Assembly (NCBI GenBank): GCA_046045965.1
Contig: JBJOKS010000012.1
Location: 32,001-96,000 of the forward strand
From: Cyanobacteriota bacterium
Lineage (GTDB): Bacteria > Cyanobacteriota > Cyanobacteriia > Cyanobacteriales > Nostocaceae
Reading direction: 5' to 3'
DNA: 64,000 nucleotides
Positions 31,092 to 40,570 of this stretch are shown one piece after another. The notes under the pieces are model-generated. The model was not told the origin of the DNA, made no database searches, and was given only the letters and a program-made list of their open reading frames with translations. The first letter of the stretch is position 1. Each line of letters starts with the position of its first letter. The position numbers were made by a program, and so were the translations under genes.

Positions 31092-31748
31092 TTATTTAAT
31101 ATTTTCTACTTGTGTTTTTAACCAACTCCGAAAATTCCTAATCATTGCCACCTCACCCACTTCTAAACTTGCAGCCAAAAACCGAGGAACTTCTGTATTT
31201 AAAGGTAAATTGGCACAGGTTGGTGAACTATTACAAGGAATATATTTACCATCAGATAAACTATAAATTTGCATCACAGGTTCATCATAACGCCACACTT
31301 CAGGAACACCTAAAGCTAAATAAATCGGTAATTTATCAATAGAAGAACTAGCATAATCAACTTCTATCACTAAATCGGGTGGGGGATCTTGGGTTAAATC
31401 TAAAGTTTTTTTATTTCTCATGATTGGTTCATTTTGAATATAGAAACTAGAATCAGGTTCTACACCTCTCGCTAAATCTTCTCTTTTACAAGTTAATGAA
31501 CCAGTGCTTTTAACATTGAGATTTAATTCCTCAACTAAAGTATCAATTAGCTTTTCTAGTAAGCGTTTATTGTGTTCATGAGGCATTAATGGAGTCATAA
31601 TTTCTAAAATTCCCTGATTATAAGTAAATCTGTTGTTGCGAGTATCACCTGTTTCTAATAAAATCCTTTCAAAAGTATTCCAGGAAATATTATGGAGGAT
31701 GACGCTATTGGTGTGAGTGTTGCTGTGAGTAGGTGCTAGAGTTACCAT
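31092..31748 (-). CDS. Uma2 family endonuclease
   Basis: LHNISWNTF, LEIMTP..HE, EPDSSFYI, PPDLVIEVD, LGVPEVWRYD. Confidence 0.92.
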   Translation of the reverse strand: MVTLAPTHSNTHTNSVILHNISWNTFERILLETGDTRNNRFTYNQGILEIMTPLMPHEHNKRLLEKLIDTLVEELNLNVKSTGSLTCKREDLARGVEPDSSFYIQNEPIMRNKKTLDLTQDPPPDLVIEVDYASSSIDKLPIYLALGVPEVWRYDEPVMQIYSLSDGKYIPCNSSPTCANLPLNTEVPRFLAASLEVGEVAMIRNFRSWLKTQVENIK

Positions 31749-31831
31749 AGAAATTCACCTCGCAGTTTTAATTATTCTATTATATCACTTTAGATAATAG
31801 GGAAGAAGAAATAGGAAATAGAAAATAATAA

Positions 31832-31862
31832 ATCCCCGACTTATTTACAAAATCGGGGATCT
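31832..31862. repeat. REP-like palindrome ATCCCCGAC...TCGGGGATCT; half-copies at 29323-29336 and 30060-30073
   Basis: The same AAGTCGGGGATCTG motif occurs at gene 3' ends. Confidence 0.75.
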
Positions 31863-31892
31863 AAATATGCTCAAATTCTGAAATCTCAACTA

Positions 31893-33092
31893 TTAAGAAA
31901 TATCTTGCAATTCAGCAGTACGAACTGAAAGCACCTGAGTTTGATTTCCTCTTTGTATTTTCACATCCAACATTTCACCCAAACGACTATCTTCCACAAC
32001 TCCTTGTAATTGTTCAGCAGTAGTAATTGCTTTATTATCAATTTGGACAATGACATCTCCGCGTCGAATACCAGCATTTGCAGCAGGAGAATTGGGTACA
32101 ACTCGCATCACTAAAACACCTTTGACTTCAGGAATTGCAAACATGGAATTAGGATCAGAATTATTTTGTTTAGCTAACTGGGGTGTTAAAGTGATCATTT
32201 GTACACCTAAATAGGGGTGAGCAACTTTACCATCACGTTGCAATTGAGCAGCGATCGCTTTTGCTTTATCAATAGGAATAGCAAACCCTATCCCCATCGC
32301 ATCTGCACGAATAGCGGTATTAATGCCAATTACCTCACCTTGACCATTTAACAACGGTCCACCAGAGTTACCAGGGTTAATCGCTGCGTCAGTTTGAATG
32401 AAATCTAAACGTTTATCACTAATTCCCACCTGGGCGCTAGAACGTTTTAAAGTGCTGACAATCCCCAAAGTTACAGTATTATCAAATCCTAACGGATTAC
32501 CAACAGCGATCGCCCAATCTCCCACCTGCACATTACTAGAAGAACCCAAAGGAGCAACAGGTAAATCGCTACCAGCATTAATCTTGACTACCGCCAAATC
32601 AGTAACTTCATCAATACCTTTAACTTTACCCTCATAAGTGCGACCATCTTTCAACCGGACAGTCACCTTATCAGCTTGATCAACAACGTGAGCATTAGTG
32701 AGAATTATGCCACTTTTATCCAGAATAAAACCAGAACCTAAACCCCGTAATTGTTCAGTCGGTGACATTTGGGGGAAACTCTCACCAAAAAACCGCCGGA
32801 AAAACGGATCTTCCATAATTGGATCAACAGGACGGGTAATGGTTTTTTCTGTATCAATTCTCACTACAGCAGAACCCACACGATTTACTGCTGCTGTGAC
32901 AAAGCTACTGCTACCAATAGCACCAACAGCAGCAGATGGCCTTTGAGAAACTACTGTATCCGGTGCTGGTTCAGCTTGGGAAGGTAAAACCAGCAAACAA
33001 GAAACCGTTAACACCACTCCTAGACAAATCGCCAAAACATGGGTACTGAGTTTGCGTATAGACCAAGGTACTGGGGAAATTTGCATAATCAA
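31893..33092 (-). CDS. hhoA: HtrA/HhoA/HhoB serine protease (trypsin + PDZ)
   Basis: GSGFI, TNAHVV, DLAVV, QTDAAINPGNSGGPL, C-terminal PDZ; paralogue identity uncertain. Confidence 0.85.
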   Translation of the reverse strand: MIMQISPVPWSIRKLSTHVLAICLGVVLTVSCLLVLPSQAEPAPDTVVSQRPSAAVGAIGSSSFVTAAVNRVGSAVVRIDTEKTITRPVDPIMEDPFFRRFFGESFPQMSPTEQLRGLGSGFILDKSGIILTNAHVVDQADKVTVRLKDGRTYEGKVKGIDEVTDLAVVKINAGSDLPVAPLGSSSNVQVGDWAIAVGNPLGFDNTVTLGIVSTLKRSSAQVGISDKRLDFIQTDAAINPGNSGGPLLNGQGEVIGINTAIRADAMGIGFAIPIDKAKAIAAQLQRDGKVAHPYLGVQMITLTPQLAKQNNSDPNSMFAIPEVKGVLVMRVVPNSPAANAGIRRGDVIVQIDNKAITTAEQLQGVVEDSRLGEMLDVKIQRGNQTQVLSVRTAELQDIS

Positions 33093-33336
33093 AACCTAAA
33101 TTTAGAAGTCCAATGTTTGCTATCTATTTACAAATCTAGCTACAATTATTTTTATAGCTGTCGGTGCTGATTGAAGTTTTTACCTGACTCGTGTTCTAAC
33201 AACTTCTGTCATCAAGTTAATAGAACATACACCAACCAAGCTATTATGGAAATTTGCCCCTATTCAGTTCGGTTTTTCCACCAATCTCAGATGCTTCTAG
33301 GCTAGGATCTAATTAATACCAAAACCTGAATGACCC

Positions 33337-33738
33337 ATGAATGGATCAAACCGATTAGCTGAAGAATCCTTATCTTCATCTGTGCAAGCAGAACACACAC
33401 ACCATCACCATTTAGACCACGAACATACAAATCATACTCCGAAAGCAGCCGAATCAGTTCATCCCCATGTGCATAGTGAAGAGTCATTACGGCGAATTGT
33501 TAACCGACTATCACGAATAGAAGGACACATTCGGGGAGTGAAAACAATGGTGCAACAAAACACCCCTTGTCCTGATGTATTATTACAAATTGCTGCTGTC
33601 AGAGGTGCATTAGACAAAGTAGCACGCATTGTTTTGGATGAACATTTAACCGAATGTATTGCTAGAGCTTCAGAAAATGGCAATATTGATGTAGAACTTG
33701 AACAACTCAAAGCTGCTTTAGATCGGTTTTTACCGTAG
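33337..33738 (+). CDS. inrS: CsoR/RcnR-family metal-sensing repressor, InrS-like, with His-rich N-terminus
   Basis: HPHVHSEESL..VNRLSRIEGHIRGV, CPDVLLQIAAVRGAL, EHLTEC (C-H-C ligands). Confidence 0.85.
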   Translation: MNGSNRLAEESLSSSVQAEHTHHHHLDHEHTNHTPKAAESVHPHVHSEESLRRIVNRLSRIEGHIRGVKTMVQQNTPCPDVLLQIAAVRGALDKVARIVLDEHLTECIARASENGNIDVELEQLKAALDRFLP

Positions 33739-33752
33739 TTTCACAACAGGAG

Positions 33753-34871
33753 TCAGGATTCTTCTGTATTTGTATTTGTGAAAATATGCTGATCTGGAAT
33801 GCTACGGATACGACTCATTTGATTTAAAGCATACTTTGCAGTTTCCTGTACTTCTGGGTCTGGATCTTCCATCGCATGAAGTACAATCTTACTCATTTGT
33901 CCCATTGTGTCATAAATACGAACCAAATCACGAATAGCATTTTTTCGCACTTGGGGATTTTCATCTTGCATGGATATTGCTAAAGCACGGTTCATAGGTT
34001 TAAGTGTGCGAGTACCAATTTCTGACAAGGCTGATAAAATTAAACCTTGTTGTTGAGAATCTGCATCAATCATCAAGTCTACTAAAGGTTGAACTGCTCG
34101 TGAGTCACCTTGTTGAGCTATATTCCAAATTGCTTTTCGTTGCTGTGTCAAATCAGCACTATGTAATTCTGCTATAAAATTCTCAAACAAATTGACGGAA
34201 GATACAGAAGATACAACAGATGTCTGTTCAACTGGTAATATTTCTGTAGAAACTGGTGATGGCAGGTTAGAGCCAGGTTTGAGAAAAAATTTTGGCCTTT
34301 TTTGAGCAGATGGACTCAAAAGTTTTTGCTCAGAACTTGCCGACTCTAAAGCTGGTTTGCTATCAGCTAACTTTTGTGCAAAATAAAAAAATGCGCTCAA
34401 ACTGCCGACAACACCCAAACTAATTAATTTCCACCAAAGATCATTTTCCTGTGATGGTGGTGTCTGAATGTTTTTTTCCTGCGTCACAGTAGCAACAGCG
34501 TTACATTGAGTTTTACCAGCTAAAATTTCTTGAAGCTGCTGTCTGGTGGACCAGTCTGCAAGGCCATCTACTCTTTTCAAACCTTGTTCTTGCTGAAATC
34601 GAGTTACAGCATTTTGGGTACTTGGGCCGTACTGTCCATCTATCAAGCCATTGTAATAACCTAAAGCTTTGAGTTGCACCTGCACTACCTGTACTTCTGC
34701 ACCTTGAATATCTGGAGTGAGAATGGTTGGCTGGATAGGTACTGATGTATCTGTAACACTTATCGCGCGACTTGGGTATAAACAAAGGCACAGACAAGAG
34801 GATAGTATCAGGAGGGAATTGGTAATTGGTAATTGGTAATTGATCATTGATAATTGCTTTTTATCCCTCAT
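33753..34871 (-). CDS. Peptidoglycan-binding domain + TM + HEAT-repeat protein
   Basis: VQVQLKALGYYNGLIDGQYGPSTQNAVTRFQ (PG_binding_1), TM segment, HEAT repeats (DENPQVRKNAI, DPDPEVQETA); start uncertain. Confidence 0.8.
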   Translation of the reverse strand: MRDKKQLSMINYQLPITNSLLILSSCLCLCLYPSRAISVTDTSVPIQPTILTPDIQGAEVQVVQVQLKALGYYNGLIDGQYGPSTQNAVTRFQQEQGLKRVDGLADWSTRQQLQEILAGKTQCNAVATVTQEKNIQTPPSQENDLWWKLISLGVVGSLSAFFYFAQKLADSKPALESASSEQKLLSPSAQKRPKFFLKPGSNLPSPVSTEILPVEQTSVVSSVSSVNLFENFIAELHSADLTQQRKAIWNIAQQGDSRAVQPLVDLMIDADSQQQGLILSALSEIGTRTLKPMNRALAISMQDENPQVRKNAIRDLVRIYDTMGQMSKIVLHAMEDPDPEVQETAKYALNQMSRIRSIPDQHIFTNTNTEES

Positions 34872-34936
34872 TTTCACCATCTCCAACTGATTAAGTTACT
34901 GTTTAAATTAAGGTAAAATTTCTGATTTTGATTTTC

Positions 34937-35959
34937 TCAAAGTTTCTTAGTCACAGATGCTTCTAAAACTGGTTGCTGCTGATTAGTTTTTTCACTGATG
35001 GTAACTTTTTGATTTTGTCCTGCTAAATTTTCCCGCTGGTTGATTAAATAAATACTAATTAAAGTGAGGCTAACTCCTACCCATTGAATAGGAGTGAGAA
35101 CTTCTGAAAGAAAAATATGACCAAATATCAACGCAAACACTGGTGTGAGAAAGGTGAGAGAACTTAAACTTGTTAAATTACCACTAGAAGCAAAGTAGAA
35201 GAATAAACCATAAGCGATCGCACTCCCGAAAATAGTTGCATAACTTAAAGCTAACCAATCGGATAATACAAGATTTTCCCAATGTTGTACTTCTACAACA
35301 GCAGAAATTCCCCACAATGGCAACCCTGCTATAATCATGTGCCATCCTGTAGCAATTACCGGATCAGCATATCTACAGACAAACCGAATTAGTACGGTTC
35401 CTACAGCCATTGACAAAGCTGCTAGTAACATCAACCATTCACCACTCGCAAACAATTGTTGCCAATTATCGGTTGTGATTTTTACACCTGAGTCGAGAAG
35501 ATGAAAAATCCACTCTTCTGGTAAGCCAATCAAACTTATACCAGCTACTCCCAATCCTAACCCTAACCATCCCCAAAGGCCAATATGTTCTTGAAATAAC
35601 CACAAAGACAGTAAAGCTACGGCTAAAGGTTGAGAGTCAATCATCACAGAACCTAACCCCGCACTGGTTCTCACTAACCCTTCTGCTAAAAAGCCCTGAA
35701 ACAGCGTACCATCAACCAGGGCAAATATTGTAATCCATAACCATGCTAACCATCCTTTGGGTTGTGGTCTGCCCATAAATGCCGCAGCGATGAGAATTAA
35801 CACCCCCGCAGGTAGTAAACGTACTCCTGCCATAAATAAAGGTGTGGTATGAGGTATTACCCCTTTCATTGCTACCATTGCTGTACCCCAGAGGAAAAAA
35901 GGGGCAATTAACAATAGGGAAGCTAAGGTAGATTTTGATCCTCTCAGTTGCAGTTGCAT
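34937..35959 (-). CDS. DMT/EamA family transporter
   Basis: About 10 hydrophobic segments in two EamA repeats. Confidence 0.9.
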   Translation of the reverse strand: MQLQLRGSKSTLASLLLIAPFFLWGTAMVAMKGVIPHTTPLFMAGVRLLPAGVLILIAAAFMGRPQPKGWLAWLWITIFALVDGTLFQGFLAEGLVRTSAGLGSVMIDSQPLAVALLSLWLFQEHIGLWGWLGLGLGVAGISLIGLPEEWIFHLLDSGVKITTDNWQQLFASGEWLMLLAALSMAVGTVLIRFVCRYADPVIATGWHMIIAGLPLWGISAVVEVQHWENLVLSDWLALSYATIFGSAIAYGLFFYFASSGNLTSLSSLTFLTPVFALIFGHIFLSEVLTPIQWVGVSLTLISIYLINQRENLAGQNQKVTISEKTNQQQPVLEASVTKKL

Positions 35960-36156
35960 GATAGGCTATGGTGTTTTGTTAATTAGGTGGAAACATTACT
36001 TTACCTAATTTTACAGAAACATTTACTTTTATGTTTATGTAGCATCTCGCAAACCAGGAATTAATACTCAAAGGTAGTAAAAGTTACAAAAAATCATCTT
36101 GAAGACTCAAATCCGAATTGTGTTTGATACGTATAAAATAGTCCTAAAAATCTGCT

Positions 36157-37173
36157 ATGATACTAAATTTCACCCCTGACTATACAACAAAATTTGGTGC
36201 TGCTTATTTGGGAAACAGCCTAGAATTAATGGCAAATATCCCTGATGAAAGTATTGATTTAATTTGCACATCTCCACCTTTTGCGCTAGTTAGAAAAAAA
36301 GAATATGGTAATGTTGATGCAGACAAATATGTGGAATGGTTTGAAGATTTTGCAGTTCAATTTCACCGCATTCTTAAACCCACAGGTTCATTAGTTATTG
36401 ATATTGGTGGTAGTTGGCTTAAAGGAATGCCAGTTCGTTCTCTTTATCATTTTGAATTGGTTATTTCTCTGTGTAAATCCAAAGAAAAAGGTGGATTAGG
36501 ATTTTATTTAGCACAGGAATTATATTGGTATAATCCTGCTAAACTTCCTACACCTGCTGAATGGGTGACAGTTCGCAGAGAAAGAGTTAAAGATGCGGTA
36601 AATACAGTGTGGTGGTTATCTAAAGAACCCCATCCTAAAGCTAATAATAGAAGAGTTTTAAAACCTTATAGCAAGTCAATGAAAAATTTGCTCAAGAATG
36701 GTTATAAACCTAAAATTAGACCATCAGGACATGATATTTCTAGTAAATTTGGCAATGACAGAGGAGGTGCTATTCCTCCTAATATAATTGATGGACGTTG
36801 CAATATAGATAAAGAAGAAATAGGACAACAAACGCTTTTAGAAAAAACATCTTCCGAAGATTTAATACATTCTGTCAATGTAATTTCTGCTTCAAATACT
36901 GCTTCCAATGATTATTATCAAAAGCGGTGTAAAGAAGAAGGTTTTAAACCACATCCGGCAAGATTTCCATACGCATTACCAGAATTTGTGATTAACCTTT
37001 GTACAGAACCAGGGGATATTGTTTTAGATCCTTTTGCTGGTTCTAATATGACTGGTAGAGTAGCAGAAAATTTACAAAGACATTGGTTAGCGTTTGAGAT
37101 TGATGAAGATTATATTAGGAGTTCAAGGTTAAGATTTGCGGAAAATGAATTGAGTGGAAACAGCTATAATTAG
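36157..37173 (+). CDS. Beta-class N4-cytosine DNA methyltransferase, M.PvuII-like
   Basis: TSPPF catalytic motif, RKKEYGN, VKDAVNTVWW, RPSGHDI, HPARFP, LDPFAGS. Confidence 0.9.
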   Translation: MILNFTPDYTTKFGAAYLGNSLELMANIPDESIDLICTSPPFALVRKKEYGNVDADKYVEWFEDFAVQFHRILKPTGSLVIDIGGSWLKGMPVRSLYHFELVISLCKSKEKGGLGFYLAQELYWYNPAKLPTPAEWVTVRRERVKDAVNTVWWLSKEPHPKANNRRVLKPYSKSMKNLLKNGYKPKIRPSGHDISSKFGNDRGGAIPPNIIDGRCNIDKEEIGQQTLLEKTSSEDLIHSVNVISASNTASNDYYQKRCKEEGFKPHPARFPYALPEFVINLCTEPGDIVLDPFAGSNMTGRVAENLQRHWLAFEIDEDYIRSSRLRFAENELSGNSYN

Positions 37174-37589
37174 GATTTTATCAGCAATGATTTATCTATA
37201 ACTCTTGTATTATCAAGCTGATATGACTCTGGATTCCGTGAAAATACCCGTGTTAGGTTAGGTGTTAACTGGTTAATGCAATTCTAGACAAACTTCCTGC
37301 ATCTTTTCGTGATAACAATCGACAGATAGATTTGTATAGGAATAGCTTTAAACCTCCAGAAAAATAACTTTTTTATTCAGGAGTATTTTCTAAGCAAAGT
37401 AGTCAGAATCAAGATTTACATTATTTTAATATTTACAGAATGTTATTAACAAAGTAGGTAGGCATTAAAAATTGTCGTTATGACAAGGGAACAGGGAACA
37501 GGGAACGGGGAACAGAGAAGAGGGTTTTAATGACTAGAATATTTTCCAGGTGCGTTAAATTCCAAATAACGCACCATGAACACTAAAAA

Positions 37590-39242
37590 TCAGGAATTAC
37601 CGACGACACTAGAATTAACTAAAATTGCCCCTAATTTCACATTGAATTCTTGTTCAAAAACTCCTTTCTTATAATCTAAACTCCACAGTTCCAATGCACA
37701 ATCATCACCTAATTTAGCAGCAAAGATGCACATTTTCAATTGCTGCATATTAGGAAAGTATTCACACTGCACGCGAGATACTGCTCCAATTTGTCTTCTA
37801 TCTAAAGCAACTGCTAATCTTAAAATTGCACTCAGTTGACATACCATTTGCCGATGTTCTTTATGCAATAAATTCCGGTAGTTTTCGTGCTTTTTCTTAG
37901 GTGGTGATTTGCGGTGATAACGGGCTAAATTAGCAATGATTTCTATCTCAGTTTCGTTATAACCAAGTAATTCACCATTTCTAATTAAATAGTATGAATG
38001 CTTGTGGTGTGAAGAATGGCTGATGTAGTGACCGCAGTTGTGTAAAATGGCAGCAGCCCAAAGTAATTGTCTTTCATCTTTACCCCAATTATGTATTTTA
38101 CCTTGAGTTTGATCAAATAAACTCAATGCAAATGCAGCAACGCGATCGCTATGTTCTAGGTTGGTCTGGTATTTCTTGGCAATTTTTAAAACATTACGTT
38201 CTCTAATGGAACTTTGATAACGCAGTCTGTTGTCAATTAAACCATGTGTCAGCATCCAGTCTACTATTACACCTTCCCGCAAGGAACGTTCACAAAGAGT
38301 TACTGATTCCACATCTAGCAGGGTCATGGCTTCCTGTAATATCACTGCCCCAGCGAGTATCACTTCTGACCGCTTTTCTGGCATTCCTGAAATTGCCGCC
38401 CGTTCTACGTTATTCATCCGTCGCAAGCGCGTTACCCATGTCCGCAAGTCTTGGAGACTAAATTTATAACCGTTGAGGGTGGAAGGAACAACCCCCATTT
38501 TTTCCTTAGCATGAATCATGGCTATGGTTTCAATTGTGCCAGATGTTCCTATCAATTTGGGAATTTCACCAGGTTGGAGTTTAGAAAGTACGTCTTCTAC
38601 AGAACGTTCTAACATTCCCCGTGCGTAGGCTTGCAGATATTGAAACTCAGTATTGCTAATGGGGTCGGTGCTGATTAATTCCCCAGTTAGTCTTACTGCA
38701 CCTACCTTTGTACTGGTGAGACTGCGGGGGTCTTCCGAGTCGCCTAAAATTATTTCTGTGGAACCACCACCAATATCAACAATGATATGCGGTTGTTGAT
38801 TAAATTCCATGCCAGAAAGCACACCTAAATAGATGCGTCGCGCTTCTTCCTGACCAGAAATTAAGTCAACACTTAAGCCTATTTCTGTTTCAATTTGGTG
38901 TAAAAATTCTCGACCATTGGGGGATTCACGGACGGCGCTAGTAGCTACTGCAATAATGCTTTCTGCTTCTAGACTTTTGGCTAGTTCTTGGAAGCGTTTT
39001 AAACAAGCGATCGCTTTTTTGATCACTTCTAGTTTGAGTTCTCCAGTTTCTAAATCGCGATCGCCTAATCTCACCGTTTCTTTTTCTTTGGCAATCATCG
39101 TAAAAGCTGGTAGCGTCGGTTCAATCCGTACTATTACCATGTGCAAAGAATTAGTACCGATATCAATAGACGCAATAATCGGGTTTTGCTTCACTGGTGG
39201 AGTTGGTACACTCTCCCAGTTAGCAGAAACTACATTCAGCAT
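37590..39242 (-). CDS. ppx: Exopolyphosphatase Ppx/GppA with HD domain
   Basis: IDIGTNS, ATSAVRE, EEAR, DIGGGSTE, LREG, HHKHSYYLI. Confidence 0.93.
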   Translation of the reverse strand: MLNVVSANWESVPTPPVKQNPIIASIDIGTNSLHMVIVRIEPTLPAFTMIAKEKETVRLGDRDLETGELKLEVIKKAIACLKRFQELAKSLEAESIIAVATSAVRESPNGREFLHQIETEIGLSVDLISGQEEARRIYLGVLSGMEFNQQPHIIVDIGGGSTEIILGDSEDPRSLTSTKVGAVRLTGELISTDPISNTEFQYLQAYARGMLERSVEDVLSKLQPGEIPKLIGTSGTIETIAMIHAKEKMGVVPSTLNGYKFSLQDLRTWVTRLRRMNNVERAAISGMPEKRSEVILAGAVILQEAMTLLDVESVTLCERSLREGVIVDWMLTHGLIDNRLRYQSSIRERNVLKIAKKYQTNLEHSDRVAAFALSLFDQTQGKIHNWGKDERQLLWAAAILHNCGHYISHSSHHKHSYYLIRNGELLGYNETEIEIIANLARYHRKSPPKKKHENYRNLLHKEHRQMVCQLSAILRLAVALDRRQIGAVSRVQCEYFPNMQQLKMCIFAAKLGDDCALELWSLDYKKGVFEQEFNVKLGAILVNSSVVGNS

Positions 39243-39597
39243 TTAGGTTTCTCTCTCTTAACAATGGATGGACAAAGCTGGTGTGCTGATTTAATCCGCA
39301 CTAAATACTTAGTACGTACAATCTATAGAATGTTCAGGTTAATTGTCTGGTGAAATTACTCACAACAAACAACTGACAATTAAAGTAATGAAAAGTAATG
39401 AATTTGTATCCCCAGCTGTAACCTTAGTTGATGTGTAGGGATGATCAAAAAAATAAACCGCAGGATGCAAAGGAAAGAGGATTAAATCAGGTTTTTACAT
39501 CAGTGCTGTTGATTTTTCCCAAATTTGGATGCTCCCTGTATGTACAGTTATCAAATAACGATATTCTATAGATGTGAAGATATGTGAATCGAGCAAT

Positions 39598-40479
39598 ATG
39601 CTAACAACACCAGAAAGCAACCAAGAACCCTTATGGCTGGTCATTATTCGGCTGTTACGGTGGCATAAACCAGAAGGCAGGTTAATTTTAATGATTCCTG
39701 CTTTATGGGCTGTGTTTTTGGCAGCTGCTGGTAAACCACCTTTACCCCTAGTTGGGGTAATTATCTTAGGTACTTTAGCCACTAGTGCCGCAGGTTGTGT
39801 AGTTAATGATCTATGGGATCGAGATATAGATCCGCAAGTCGAGAGAACACGCGATCGCCCTCTGGCTTCCCGCACTCTTTCCATCAAAGTTGGTATAGCT
39901 GTGGGAATAGTTTCCCTCGCTTGTGCCGCAATTCTCGCTTTCTATCTTAACCCCTTAAGCTTCTGGTTGTCTGTAGCAGCAGTACCCGTAATTTTACTTT
40001 ATCCCGGTGCAAAACGGGTGTTTCCTGTACCACAGTTGGTACTTTCCATCGCTTGGGGTTTTGCAGTTTTAATTAGTTGGAGTGCAGTTACACAAAACAT
40101 TTCCCCACCTACTTGGTTATTGTGGGGTGCAACTGTTCTCTGGACCTTGGGATTTGATACAATTTATGCCATGAGCGATCGCGAAGATGATCAGCGCATT
40201 GGTGTTAATTCCAGCGCCCTCTTTTTTGGTAAATACACCTCTACAATCATTGGTATTTTCTTCGGCGGTACGATCATTCTCCTCGCTGGGGAAGGTTTCT
40301 TAACTCATCTCAATGGATTTTTCTGGATCAGTTTAATAATTTCTACTATTGGCTGGTTTTGGCAATTTATCCGCTTGAGAAACCCAGAACTACCCAACCC
40401 TGCTTATGGTGAAATGTTTCGTCAAAATGTCTGGATTGGATTTCTGATTTTAGCAGGAATGATTTTTGGTTCTTTCTAA
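39598..40479 (+). CDS. plqA: 4-hydroxybenzoate solanesyltransferase (UbiA family)
   Basis: NDLWDRDID..VERT..RPLA, YPGAKR, FDTIYAMSDREDD; ATG at 39598. Confidence 0.9.
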   Translation: MLTTPESNQEPLWLVIIRLLRWHKPEGRLILMIPALWAVFLAAAGKPPLPLVGVIILGTLATSAAGCVVNDLWDRDIDPQVERTRDRPLASRTLSIKVGIAVGIVSLACAAILAFYLNPLSFWLSVAAVPVILLYPGAKRVFPVPQLVLSIAWGFAVLISWSAVTQNISPPTWLLWGATVLWTLGFDTIYAMSDREDDQRIGVNSSALFFGKYTSTIIGIFFGGTIILLAGEGFLTHLNGFFWISLIISTIGWFWQFIRLRNPELPNPAYGEMFRQNVWIGFLILAGMIFGSF

Positions 40480-40570
40480 AACGGACTGGGGAGAATCAAG
40501 TCAAAAGTCAAAAGTCAAAAGTCAAAAATTCTGTTCCCTGTTCCCTGTTCCCTGTTCCCTTCTTTCCCAA

